Shown here piece by piece: positions 37,900 through 50,786 of a stretch of 64,000 nucleotides of DNA (positions are counted from its first letter, which is position 1; every line of letters begins with the position of its first letter). The position numbers were made by a program, and so were the translations under genes. Under the pieces are notes generated by a model, which was not told the DNA's origin, searched no databases, and was given only the letters and a program-made list of their open reading frames with translations. The stretch covers positions 161,145 through 225,144 of the forward strand of contig MU058010.1 in NCBI GenBank assembly GCA_013265495.1, read 5' to 3'. The stretch is from Vicugna vicugna (taxonomy: Eukaryota).

Positions 37900-39900
37900 T
37901 GCTACCACCACTGCCATCATCCTTCCTGACTTGATCATACATATAGATACTCCAGCTAACAGTCCATCCTCTCTCTCTGATTTTATCACTCCCAGCAATC
38001 TTTGTTTTTTCACCTAATCTCACCCACTCATTACCTTGGCTAGTGAAATACCATTTATAAATATGGTTTACAGACTTCCTTTCTTGAGCATTATCTACCC
38101 TCCTCTGTCCTTATTATTCCTCCTTTAAGAATTCTAGAACCCTTTGAGAATAGCTGATCTATTGACTGTACCATTTTTTCATGTCTGTCACTCCCACCAT
38201 GACCTTACTTCTCTCTTTAATGACCTTAGACACACAGTCCTTTGTTCTCTTGCATAGCCCTTCAGTTCACTTGCCTCTCTCTTCCTGTAAACTCTGCCCT
38301 CGGTTAAACTGCACTTGCCACCTCCTCTGCATTTGCATCTCAGCAACAGCAGGCACCTGCAGGAGGCACAGGGCCACACTGACTACTAGGTTTTCTTCAT
38401 GACCACAGTTGACCAAGCCAACCTTTAACGGATACATTAACAGGTATCCTGCCACATGACCCTTGTCAATGCGCTTTTTTACTTTCTGAAAGTAGTTCTC
38501 TCGTACTCCAACTCTGCACCCCAACTTTAGCTGATTATATTCCCCTTCTGTCGCTGAGACCGCTGATGTTATCAGAAGAGAACTGTTGTGCCTCACTTCC
38601 TAATCACCAGAGCCAATGATCTACCTGAATCTGTTCCCTTTAATTTTGCTTTTGCTCTTCTTAGCGTGAGCCACTTTCCCTGAAACTGTGTAAGGTCAGC
38701 CCTTTCTCTTGGTCACACCCTCTGTCACCTACTAAAGGGTTTTTTTTGTGTGGTGTTCTTCACTTCTTGGTTTGTTTTCATGCATTTATATCTCCCTCTG
38801 CATCATCGGTTTCTTCCTCTTTGCTTGGTTATTCCCATCAGCATACAAACATGGTGTGGTCCCCCACCCTGAATCACACCACAAGTTCCCCTCTAATGAT
38901 TGCCCTTTTCTCCCATTTACAAAATCTCCTCAGAAGACTTATCCATTTTTCTTGCTTTCTCCCTTGAACTTCTGATCAGGCTTATCTCCAGTCCACCACT
39001 GAAGCTGCTCTTGTCAAGGTCATACTGATCAGTAGATGGTGACACCATCATTTAGTTGTTGAGACCAAAACTTTGGTATCATCTTTGGATTTTAATTCTT
39101 TCACACATACCTCACACCTTACATCTAAACTATCAGTCAGTCTTGTCTGATCTACCTTCATACTGAGCAAATCCTATGCCCTCCTTCACTGTCATCATAT
39201 GCTACGTTGCTATCAACTCTTGACCAGACAATGCAAAAGCTCTTCTAACTGGTTTCCTTGTTTCATGTTTTGCCACTTACAGTCTGTTTCCACACAGTAG
39301 TTAGAACAATCCTTTTAAAATGTTGGGCGGCTCTTATAATTTCTATGCTTGGTGTCCACAAATGTTTTACCATCCACTCAGAATAAAACCTAGAGTCCTT
39401 ACTGTGGTTTATAAGACCCTATCAGTGGCCAGCAAACTTTTTCTTAAATGGTCAGATTGTAAACATTTTAGGTTTCTGTGTGGCACATGGTCTCAGCTGC
39501 TGTTTCTTTCTTTTTCTCCTCAATTTTTTTTTTAAACAAGCTTTTAAAAATTTGAATACCATTCTTAGCTCCTCATACAAAAACATTTGGCACTGGGCTC
39601 TGGCTTGTCAATCAGCCTTCAGGATTAGATGTCAGCTTGTTTTATCTGTCCTTGTCCTCTGTGACTCTTTATCATGCTCACTGGGATTTAGATGAGTCTT
39701 TGAGCTGCCCTTCAAATATACCAAGTTCATTCCTGCCTTAGGGCTTTATATTTGCTCTTCTGTTTGCTTGAAAGACCCTTCTCCCAGAATGCTCTGCTCC
39801 CTCCTTTTCTTCATTCTGGTCTCTGGTCACATTTTATTTTCTTAGAAACATGTCGTTTGCTCAGACTTTTGACGCTTAGATAGCTATTTCTCCTGTTACT
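37900..39900 (+). mobile_element. Degraded L2 LINE
   Basis: ccactgaagctgctcttgtcaaggtca, ttctaactggtttcc...ttccacacagtagttagaacaatccttttaaaat and cctgccttagggcttt...ctcttct are typical L2 segments. Confidence 0.7.
39422..39615. mobile_element. MER58-like hAT MITE nested in L2
   Basis: cagtggccagcaaactttttcttaaatggtcagattgtaaacattttagg...ccattcttagctc...catacaaaaaca. Confidence 0.65.
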
Positions 39901-41619
39901 CATTGGCTTTCTTCCTTCTTCCCCATGTAAGTAGTTAGCACCACGTTTTGGCTTAAGCCCCAAACCTAGGCGGTTCTAGTGAATGGTGAAAACTGACATG
40001 GCTTCTCTTGTTCCCAATTTTAGGGGGACCAACATGTTGGTTTTACCAACATGGAAGTTATAGTAGCTGGAAGACATTATGAATGGGGACATTCTGCTCA
40101 CTGAATGCCCTATTCTGTGTCATTAAAGCAAACCGAAGGATTGTTGAAGTTTCTGGATGCTTGAACTCATCTCCATAGGAACTTTCCTGTAAGGACCCTA
40201 TAGAACATGGATTCAGTTAACTCCCATTTCATGGATGGAATGGCATCCTTTGGTTCCACTGAGTTTACCTATAACTGTAGTCAGAGGGTGGGAGAGTAGA
40301 AGTTCCAATATTTTAAGATAGTTAAGTCCTAATTTTTTTTATAGGTCCAAGGTAATATTGAAAACTTACAAGTTTATATCAGAATAAGCACATAATTTAG
40401 ACATATATCAGAAAAAACAGTTAAGAAATTAAAAGTGGTTGTCTTTTTAAGATGGGGCTAAGAGATAAGCAGGTGGCTTTTTATTTATTTTTTAAATCTC
40501 TTAATTTCACTTTTAATCCAAGTGCACTTACTGCTTGTTATTCTTACATTTTAAAAGTATTTACTTTAAATATTGAGGCTTACTCAAATATTGCTGGAGG
40601 AAAATTCATCTATTAAGTTTTGGGTTTATTTTGATTCTACCAATATCATAATTATTTCAATAATAAATTCATAAAGGGCTACAAAAGATCATCTAGTTTA
40701 ACATCCAAATATATATATATAGTGATAAAAATAAAATGTATATAAAATGTGTATATATATATATTTGGATAATTATATATTTGGATAAAAATATTGGCCT
40801 GATAGTGTGCACAAGAAACTTGAAAAATTTATGATACCATGAAATTGCAAGCAACCAACATGCCCAATAATTGTGGTCTAAATTAGGTAAGTAATGGCAT
40901 GTTAATAGTCAGTAGGCAGGAAAAAAAATGTATTGATATTAGAATATGATCATTAAATATTACTCAATGATTAAAGTAGCCTATAGAACAATATGTATTA
41001 TATGATATTTTTATAAGTAAAGTGTATGTGTTCAAGCATGAAAGTATATATAATGTATATATCTTTGTATGAGAAAAATACTTAAAATATAGAAAAATCA
41101 AATTAGTAGTCATTTTTCTGTTTTCCAAGTTTTTGTTGAACAAGCAATACTTTGGTAATTTAAAGCAAAAATATGATGATAAATGATATGTTGGTGCAGG
41201 TTGAATGTATTCTTTTTAATGAGAGATAGTACAGTCACTTAAAAAAATTGGATATTTTTAGTGCTCTCACCATTTCATTTTTCCTTGCAGCTTTATCATT
41301 TGAGTCTATTGAAATTTTGCCCTGAATTTTTCTTTAATAAATTACCACTTGCTATTGATGAAAATTGCCTGTTTTCCAGGGTTAATTTGTTTTGCATTAT
41401 TGAGGATGTTTCCTTAATACAACATTGTAACAAATTAATAATAAAACAAAATGAAAAAAATACGTCCAATTTCCTGCCATCCTAACTAATCTGCTTTTGA
41501 ACACGTCCAGTTCCTTTCCTTCCCTGTTGATGTGTGATGTGTAATTCAAATAGATATAATTCTAGAGTTTATTGTTAGTTTGACATCCTCATCATTTCCC
41601 ATCATATATACCTTCTCAA

Positions 41620-42050
41620 CAGGTCTTCCTGCTTCTGACGCTTCTGATCTCAGAGTAAAAGGTCTCTGGTGGCCTGTAAGGCCTGCAGTCCCCTCCATCA
41701 CAGCTTTTCCTCAGATATCTGCATAGCTCCTTCTGACATTCAAGTTTGAGGCTGTCAGTTTCTTCTCTTGAGTCTTTCTTTGACCACCCCATTTGAAATC
41801 GCCTCCCATCTCGCATGCTGCTTTTTCCTCCTCTCTGCTTTTATTTTTCTCTGTAGCACTTAGCACTCTCTGCAGTGGGATGTATTTTAATTACTTTTCA
41901 CATATTATCTGCCATTCTTGACTCTTCCCCCTGGAGAATAAAGCTCCGTGCAGGTGGGGATCTTTTGCCTGTTGTTCACTGCCCTGTTTTCAGCACTTAG
42001 AACGGTGAGTGGCACTCGGTAGGCAATTCATGTTTGTGGAATAATGAGTG
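41620..42050 (+). mobile_element. L2 (L2a-like) 3' end
   Basis: gaataaagctccgtgcaggtggggatctttt...tgttcactgc...cagcacttagaacggtgagtggcactcggtaggcaattca...tttgtggaataatgagtgaa. Confidence 0.8.
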
Positions 42051-42883
42051 AACCCTAACTTTTCTCATCCATATTTCATACTGCTGCCGCGTGATCCTGC
42101 CAACGCCCCCTCCCCAACCCCTGGAAAAGGTACTTGTGTGGCGATGCTCTACCATTCCGTGACCCGGCCTCTATCTTCAGTTGCATGTGCTTTTGTTTTT
42201 CTCCTTGGACATGCACACACGCGTGGATGTTTTAGTCTGGGAGGTATTCTTGTCTGATTCTTTGCCTCCCTAACTCTTACTTTCCTCTCTGTGTTATGCA
42301 GGCTTCCCTCATCTGCTCTGCCAGTTTGGGTGTTTCCTCCTTTGAGTCCCTTGGTATTGTGTTAGAGGAATTAGACTGCATTGAAAAGTACTATTTCCTT
42401 GCTTGTGTTTCTTTTTCCAGACGTTGGTTTTGGTCATCTCTATGTCTATAGTGCCTAGAGCTAGGTGCTTAATAGTCATTGAGTGAATGAATGATTTACA
42501 GCCTTTTCTGTGTTGCTTGGAATATTAATTTTTAACAAGGTCATTCTTATATTGAGGTTTGATTTTTATTTTGCATGTGTCCTGAAACACATTGGTGTAT
42601 TTTTGGATATTTCCTATGATAAACACTTCATTGTTTTTCATGATATTTGGATTTGACAAAGCAGTTGTTTTAATTTGCAAACCTTTTTATGTTACTATCT
42701 TTTGTGGATGCCATGGATTATGAATTTATAGATTTATGAGAAATCACCCTCTCAAAATAATACTACTTAAGAATAGTTGTATGCCACTGTTAATATGAAA
42801 GGTGGGATTACTGTGGTTGTTACTATTTTAATGGATAATCTTCACACAGCGTGAATTATAAATTTTTTTGACTTATTTTACAG

Positions 42884-43014
42884 GGAAGTCTTAAGAGTAG
42901 TCGACAGATCTCACCTCAGGAATTCATCCATGAACTGAAAATGGGGTCTGCAGAGGAGAGGCTTGTCACTTGCCTGGAGTCCCTCCGCGTATCTTTGACG
43001 AGTAATCCTGTGAG
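42884..43014 (+). CDS. DIAPH3: DIAPH3 internal coding exon, 131 nt, phase 0-2; probably exon 5
   Basis: Acceptor ttattttacag|GGA and donor GTGAG|gtaatc. It translates to GSLKSSRQISPQEFIHELKMGSAEERLVTCLESLRVSLTSNPV(S), containing the diaphanous GBD motif LESLRVSLTSNPVSW. It is too short for the ORF track. Confidence 0.96.
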
Positions 43015-43424
43015 GTAATCCGTCTCTGAACATCAGCGCATATTACTAAATTAAACAGATGCCATGATCTGTCACTTGTATGTAATACTTCATGGTGCCT
43101 GTGAATAAATAAAGGTGAAAATTGAATACATAATATTTATATGCATAAGCAAATACAGTCTCAGTAGTACTTTTTGTATTTATTACTGAGTGATACATAG
43201 CCCATGGACTTTAAAATTTCTTTTTCTTATAATTTTTAAGAACTTAAGTTGTTTTTTCCAAAAAGGACAGTTGTGATCAGACACTGTCAATTTAATGTGG
43301 CTGAATTTTGTTTATATATATATATATATAGGCTATATATAGGCTGATTCCTGTTTGATGTAGCAAGAAATGCCGTTAATTTTTTTCCTTTATTGAAAGT
43401 GGTATCTTTATAGGAGTCCACAGG

Positions 43425-43560
43425 TTAATGTTGTCAGATTTAGCAAATAAAAATACAGGACGCCCAGTAAAATCTAAATTTTAGAGATACTTACACTAAA
43501 AAATTATTTGTTGTTTTTTTCAGAAATCCAAATTTAACTGGGTGTCCTATAGCTGACAAC
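43425..43560. mobile_element. MER53-like palindromic hAT MITE
   Basis: gttgtcagatttagcaaataaaaatacaggacgcccagtaaaat ... atttaactgggtgtcct...ctgacaac shows visible inverted arms. Confidence 0.75.
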
Positions 43561-46525
43561 ACTTCCTTAAGTATCTAACTAGATCAATTTTTAGACTTTT
43601 TAGCCCAGCATATTCTTGGAAAATTTCAAGTAAGAGTAGTTATAAAATGTCTGAGCAGTCAGTCAGAATTTCAGACCTGCCACAGTCTATAGTTAATCTG
43701 ATTTGATTTCTTATTATGATAATAAATGAATGCTTATTTCTGTATTAAAATATATATATGAGGTATATGTAAATGTATTCTAGCCCTCTCTCAATATGTA
43801 TATATATACATTTATGTGTATGTATATATATGTGTGTGTATAGTTATGCGGACACAGACAAAGGGCTAGAGGACCAGAATGACAAACTATGCTTGGAGGT
43901 TAATGATATGTAAAAGAATGTTTTTGATATTCTGATTAATACTTTTTTGGATGTTTTTGAAGTTTGGCTACAGTATTAAAAAAAAAAAATCCTTGACATT
44001 GTAAGTATGTGAAACAAAAAGACCCTACCTGTTGAGAGAATCATGACAGTGAGTGAAGTTTAATTAAGGAGTATGAAGACTGAATAAGAAATCTTTATTA
44101 TTTCAATTTTATCCTTATTTTTCCATATTTTGCTCTTTTTGATCTGTTGTTTAGGCTGTCGGGTAATGGTGGGTGTGAGATCAGGGATGTCATACATCTT
44201 ATTTACCTCTTTACCAGGTATAGTGCTTAGCACATTGAAGGTGCTTGGTAAAGACTTGTGGACTGAAACAATTTTAATCGTCTTGAGTCTTACGTTGGCT
44301 ATTGCTAGGTTGAATTAGGAATTTATTTATTTGACAGATATAGTCCTACATGAAGAGCTCTGGTTTCCAGCTTAATTTGTACTTGCTAAATGTTACCGTT
44401 TAAAAAATAATTATTGAGCACCTGCTGTTTTCCAAGTACTGTCTTAGATGTGGGGCTTGAATAAATAGCAGAGCAGATCCAGGTCCTATTCTTGTGGAAT
44501 TTAAATGTGAGAAGAGGGTATTTTGGGGTCGACTGGGGAGATAACATTCATTCTTCAGATTATCTGGCAGCCACTGGTCACTGGAGATATTCATGGATTT
44601 TCAATATAATTATAAGTAGACCTTCCCTTTACCTTTTCTTCTTCTTCATGTTTTGAGTAGATGGATATGATAGTGAAGGAAACACTGAGAGGATGTTATG
44701 TATAAATTCATGTACATTACAATGGATACAATTATTTATTGTGATTTTACCTAAATACATTGGGAAATAATGCTATATGTTTCTTTCATTTGAACCTTAT
44801 TTTAAAGATAAACACAAGTTTGTGGAATTATTTCCCCAAGAACAGCCAGCTTTAGAATGTATTATCAAGAATCCACAAGTGTTTCTGTTTCCTAGGAAAT
44901 AGTCTTTCTAATTGAAAAGATTAAAAAACCTTGTCATTTGAGAAATTTTTCTGAAATCATGGCACTTTATGTGGACAGAAAATTGAGAAGATACTTTAGA
45001 GTATTTCCAATTAGAGGAATGACTTAGCTGAACGTGTAAAACTTGAAGTTAGTCCTATAATCAGGTCTTTGGACTTTGCTGTTAGTTATGATGTGTCTGC
45101 TGATAAAGTCAGTTTATCATATTTTCTTTTCTATGTACAGTATGTGACTAAATTTCAACAGAGAAGCAATCTAATTTTTGGTAAGCTTTTAAGATTGTTG
45201 TTAGACCTGTGGTATTATGGAAAAAGTCAGAGTTAAATTCTTTAGTGTCTATGAATAGAGTTGAAAATCAGCAAGTGAACTGATTAATGATGGTTCTCCA
45301 ATCCTGGTTTGGGAACAGGATTGATTGATTGATTTCTATTTTTATATATAGTGGTTAATTTAACACAAAAATCAAGGATAAAACAGAAACATCTGCCCCA
45401 CTCTGTCCTTAATATATAATATTTTTAGAACCATTTATCATCTTCTAAAGTTCTGCTTAGCAATTATGAGATGTGTCAACCTTTGACTATCTGGATAGTG
45501 AATTGTATGAAAACCAGTGCTTTAAATACGAGATTATTTGCCTTGTTTTATGAAGAGTTGATTTGAAGATCACATAGTTTCTCCGTTTGAAGTTTTATTG
45601 ATTATTCAATACTCTTGGGGATAGTTTTGAGCTTAAAGACAAAGTCCCTTTATTTTGGGGACACTAGGGAAAAGACTAACTTCTTCAAATGATCAGATAT
45701 AAATTCTAGTGGCTCTCAAGAGGCAACAATTATGTTTGAACTTTCATACATTTGATATGTGTAGAGGGAATGTAAAAAGGTGAATGCTAACATCATTATG
45801 GTTGATATCAAGCATTTTTGCATGTAGCACATTAGTCATAGAATGCATCTTCATTTACTCAATTTGATGTGGCTATCAGGACAAGATTTCTGTCTCAGAA
45901 AAACCAGTCTTAATAGATTTTTGTGTTTGGTGATTTTGGGCATTATCACTCAACGGTTAACATGTGCATTTTGATGTTTACAAAAAATACTTTACCGGTT
46001 ACCATTTTGTTAGAAGATTTCTAAGGAGGTTTCGAACTAAATTTGATTAAGTTAATAACTATAACTTCGAGAAAATCACTTTAGAAAAATTTGCAGTAAA
46101 ATGTATGTTTCCTGCAAAGCAAGCCAGCAGCCTGTGTGTGTCATTATTCCACTTAATCAGCGCCATGTTTGGAATGTAGTTTTTCTGCATTTCTGGGCTT
46201 GAAAACACAAAGCTGGTGGAAGAGCTTAATTTTGGGTTTGCTGAATGTTTTGTGCCATGTACTTCAGGTATGAAGATAGAGAAAGAAAAACTGTGACAAA
46301 CAATGAGATGGGTATACTCATTTGTATCAATCTGGTTTGAAGAAAAAAGTCAAGACAAAAATCTCAACTTTTTCATAGTTTGACTTATTTTAAAAAATAG
46401 TTTGATAAATTGTTAAATGTATAAAAAAGGCTGTTTGTCATAGCAGGAAAATAAGTACCTACTTGTTTACTAATGAGGCTAAGAGAAAGAATATTGCCTA
46501 TAACTTTGAAGCTTCTGTGCTCCCT

Positions 46526-46527
<2 letters not shown>

Positions 46528-46560
<33 letters not shown>

Positions 46561-46650
46561 TAAGTTGAGAATTATGTTTTATTTGGTGGACTTTCTGAGG
46601 TCTTCAAGCCTGGGAGACAGCCTCTCAGATAGTTCAGAGGGATTGCTCTC
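46528..46650 (-). mobile_element. Poly(A)-tailed fragment of an ERV LTR (R-region end)
   Basis: T32 at 46528-46559, minus-strand AATAAA at 46578-46583, and a body homologous to the LTR segment at about 6495-6562. Confidence 0.75.
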
Positions 46651-46659
46651 TCCCTGCCT

Positions 46660-49430
46660 CCTTCTTTCATTCATCCTCATCTTCTCCCACTATCCTGTGT
46701 CTGGTAGCCTGTATCCTGAATCTTGGATTTATCATTCTTTTCTTTGCATTATGGTTTATTTTATATGTATTCCTAATTAATATATTACTTGGTTTTATGT
46801 CATTTTGAACATTCTATATATGACATCATCTTCTATGTGCCCTTTAAAAGGCTTGCTTTTTCCTCTCAGTATTTCTTATATTCATATATTTCTGTATGTT
46901 GTATACGGCTAATCACATTTTATCACCATCATTTTCCATACCTTTACTTTAATTATATTTTAAGAATATGTATTTCAAGTACTATGCAAATACTTTTTAA
47001 AATCATGTCTTACAATCTTTGTCTTTACCCAGTAGTTCGTAGCAATTGTAAAGATATATTGGAATTTATATCTGACATTTCATTTTCAGTTTTCAGTTTA
47101 TGCTGCTTTTCCCACGATCTTCCTCCTCGCCCTGCTCACCCCTCCCCCCATTCTTTTCTGTATTCTTACTTTTCCTTCTTCCTTCCTCTTCTTCCTCAAA
47201 TTCCTTTGATAGATTTTTAATTTCTCATTTCATTTTTCCTCATTTGAAAGACATATTCTGTTTGATCTTAAAACAGAAGAGAAATTTAACATGCACATAC
47301 TTAAGAAGGAAACTTTATTTGCGTGTTCTTAAAAAGGACAAAAGAAAAAGCAGCATCTCTTTTTCTGAACCTAAAATATGTTAACACTAATCAGTCTCTC
47401 TTGATTAGTATGCTGGTTTTGTGTGATATTTTAATTTTCTTTTTTCTTTTTCAGTAGGATAAATTAGCTATTATTGCTGCTAAGATGTAGTACAAATATA
47501 TTTTTATGTATACATGTTTACACAACACGTACTCATCATTCTTTTTTGGTAATTGCACATTTTTTTCTTGTTTTACTTTTGTTTCAAGTATACTACTAAG
47601 TTTCCCTAGTGAGAATTTTTCGATGGTAAAACTGTCTTTCATTTGTTGGAAAGTGACTTTATTTGCTTTTATTTTTGAAGGATAGTTCTCCTAGGGTGTG
47701 AAATTGAAGTTTTTTTGGATATCTTTTCTTAGTCCATTGAAGATATTATTTTCTGTTCTGCCTTATATTGCTGTTTTTGAGAAGTTGGCTCTTTATCTAA
47801 AACTCATGCTTTTCTGGATAACCTGCCTTTTCTCTCTTTTTATTATGTTTTGTCTTTGGTATTCTATAGTTTGTTTTATGTGTAGGTGGACTTTCTTATT
47901 TATGTTAGAGACTTTTTTGACTTCCTGAATATGATTGGTATCTTTCATAAATTCTATGAAAATGTTAGCCATTAACTCTTTGATTATTGATTTCCCCCCC
48001 TAATTTTGTATGTTTTAGACTTTTTTATTCCATACACCAGTTATTTCCTTACCCTCTTTGAAGTTTCTATCAATTTGTCTCTCTCTATTTTGGAAATACT
48101 GTTTAAGATCTTCTGGTTTGCTCATTATTTATTCACCAGTGTCTAATCTGATGTTTAATCGGTACATTATATTTTAAATATCCATTAGTATAATTTCATC
48201 CCTATAGTATTTTTTGGCTGTTTTAAAATACATTGTCTTTTTTCATAATTTTTGCTCCTTGCTTATTTTTTATCCTGTTAATTATTTCTCTAAACATATT
48301 AGTATGTCTTTTACAAGGATTATTTTTTAAAATTGAAGTATAGTTGGTTCATAATATTATGTTAGTTTCCAGTGTATTCAAAATGATTCAGTTATAGATA
48401 TATATATATATATATGCATTTTTTTTCAAATTCTTTTCCATTATCACAAGGTATTGAATGTAGCTCCCTGTGCTATAGAGTAGGCCCTTATTGTTTTTCT
48501 ATTTTGTATGTATTAGTATGTATATGTTAATCCCAGACTCCTAATTTATTCCTCCCTCCCTTTCCCCTTTGGTAACCATAGGTTTGTTTTTCGTCTCTGT
48601 TTCTGTTTGGTAAAAAAGTTCATTTGTGTCATTTTTTTAGATTCTACATGTAAGTGATATTATATAGTGTTTGTCTTTCTCTGTCTGACTTTACTTAGTA
48701 TGGTAATCTCTAGGTCCATCCATGTTGCTGCAAATGGCATTATTTAAACATTAAACATTTAACATTTAATGCCTATAATTCTACTAAATAAAGGTTTCCC
48801 AGGCCTACTCCTCCTAGTGTTGGTTTTGGTTTCTTTTTTCTTCGCCTGTACTCATATCTTGTTTCTTTGTATGTTTTGTGATTTTAGAGTGTGACCTTCT
48901 GTTCCTTGGAACTTTTTCTTTGAGGTTCATTTTGAAGATATTTTGGTAGACAAAGTTAATGGTTATCTGCTCCTGGGAGCATAGGGATGCTAATGACCTA
49001 GGACTGCCTTAAACTCAGATAACTGGCTTGAGGTTTTTTTTTTTTCCCTGTCCACCTCGGTACCATACACGTGTGTGGCTGGGCTACGAACCACCAGAAC
49101 AGATTTGCCTTGATAGCCTCCTTTATTGTGTAGGCTTGTTGCTAGGTCATCTTGTTACTGAAGGTGTGGCCCTTTGAGAGCCTCACTTTTTCCAGCTGTG
49201 TCCCAGGCTTGATGGTGGGCTTGAGGCTGTGGCTCTTGTCCTGTTCGCTTGGCCCAGCTACCAAAGAGGAAACGGATTTCTAGACCTTCGTATGTGTCCC
49301 CCAGAGAAATGGGGCTCAAGGCTGGCTTACCGCCAAATTCCCCCCCTCTTTCTCTCTTTAAATTTTGTTTCTAAGGAGAGTCTGCTTTCTTGTCACCTCA
49401 GATACAACTTTAAAACTATATTTCAGTGAC
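46660..49430 (-). mobile_element. Old degraded L1/HAL1-type LINE, antisense
   Basis: Very T-rich + strand with motifs such as tttttgaaggatagttctc, tattgctgtttttgagaagttggct and ccagtgtctaatctgatgtttaat. The family is uncertain. Confidence 0.55.
48322..48745 (-). mobile_element. Artiodactyl-type L1 3' UTR fragment
   Basis: aattgaagtatagttggtt...ttgaatgtagctccctgtgctatagagtagg...ctctaggtccatccatgttgctgcaaatggcatt is the reverse complement of the L1 3' region at 25245-25650. Confidence 0.88.
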
Positions 49431-50240
49431 TGTTGTTGGGAGGGTGGTTGTGATGTCTAGTTTAATAGCAGGGAAAAAAAAGCATTGAATTAAAAAATTT
49501 AAATTATAAAGGTCTTACATTCTTATGTCCCAAACCCAAATTTCGCAGAAGGATATAACCAGAAAAGTAAAACTCTTTGTCCTTTTGTCATTTAGTTGTC
49601 AGACCTGCTGCTCAGTGGTGAACTAATAATTTTTTTGTGTGCCTTTGCTCTAAATTTTCAATATGTAGGTTAGTATTATGCTATTTTACTTTTTGTTTTT
49701 ACCTTACTGTTGCTTACTCTTTTTATTTTTACTTTTTAAAAGATGAACCCTAGAAGCTGCAGTTTTATTGCCCTACAGGATATTAACTAGCTTATATTTA
49801 AATTAGATTCTTATTCTACTATCCTTTCTTTAAGTCATTATATATTCTTTGATTTTTTTTTGATTTTTTTTGAACCAGCCTCACCATCTTTCTGGTTCTC
49901 TCATTAAGGTGGTAAATATTTGATACTGCTGACTTTATTTGGGTGAGCAATAAAAAAATCGTGCTTTCACATTAGACATTTGTGGAATGTGTTAATATTT
50001 CTCAGAAATATCTGAGGAATTCTTGGAGAGAGTAAACCTGTTAGAAGTGTGTGTTTCCTACATCTTTCCCTCCCAGGGTTCGGGAAAGGGACAAGAATAT
50101 GATGAAGAGATCAGGCGTTCTTTAAGGGAGAAAGACTTCGTGTTCTTCCTTCATAGTCACTGCCAATCCCACTGCAGAGTCCCTCCTCTGCGTGTGTGCA
50201 GATTCTTTAGAGCACTCAAACTAAAACATCTACAGCAAAC

Positions 50241-50786
50241 TGTTGCCAAACTCAGGTTTGGCTGCTCACTGCTCAGAAGCCAGTGATCTAGAGGCAAATT
50301 CAATAGAAAGGAAAAGTGCTTTAAACAGAAGAGCTGGCAGTCTGGGGAGAAGGTGGACTTCTGTCCAGAGACCAACTCTGATGATTCTGCTCAACTATGA
50401 TGGTTTTTAAAGGGAAAAATAGGGAGAGGGAAACATTCTCAGTGAATCATTGAGGCAAGAGGTGAGGGTCTGCATCATTCTGCATTGTGTGCAGACTGGC
50501 TGACTCTTCAGATATTATCTTGTCTGTGATCTGTCTGCAGGATAGTTAAGGGGGCAGTTGAGGGTAGAGAGCTATTCATTTTTTAACTGATTAATTCTTC
50601 ATTTTCACTTCTTTTTATCTAGGAAAAGAATCAACAGGTTAGGCATGGTATCGTGTGTATTCAGGAGAGCATAAGTCAGGAGTTAGTTTCAGTTGCTTAG
50701 TGATCTCATTCCTGTAATTAGGTTCTTTTTAGGTTAGAGGGGGACAGAAGTGGACAAACAGGAAAGGGGCAAAAGAGCTGCTTTCA
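50241..50786 (-). mobile_element. ERV solo LTR, about 546 bp
   Basis: TG...CA termini (tgttgccaaactcaggtttggctgctc ... gagctgctttca) with flanks aaac/aaat. It resembles artiodactyl ERV1 LTRs from recall, and orientation is inferred from that resemblance. Confidence 0.7.

Larger units (their letters stand above)
864..42883 (+). other. DIAPH3: DIAPH3 intron, 42,020 nt, GT-AG, phase 0
   Basis: Begins gtaagt and ends tttttttgacttattttacag. The flanking exons give the contiguous peptide ...YINTASKT|GSLKSSRQISPQEF..., so no constitutive coding exon is needed in between. Confidence 0.92.

Noticed and set aside
40028..40041. Perfect 14-bp palindrome accaacatgttggt as a p53-like site
   Set aside because: It does not fit two RRRCWWGYYY half-sites, and a palindrome this long can arise by chance in 64 kb.
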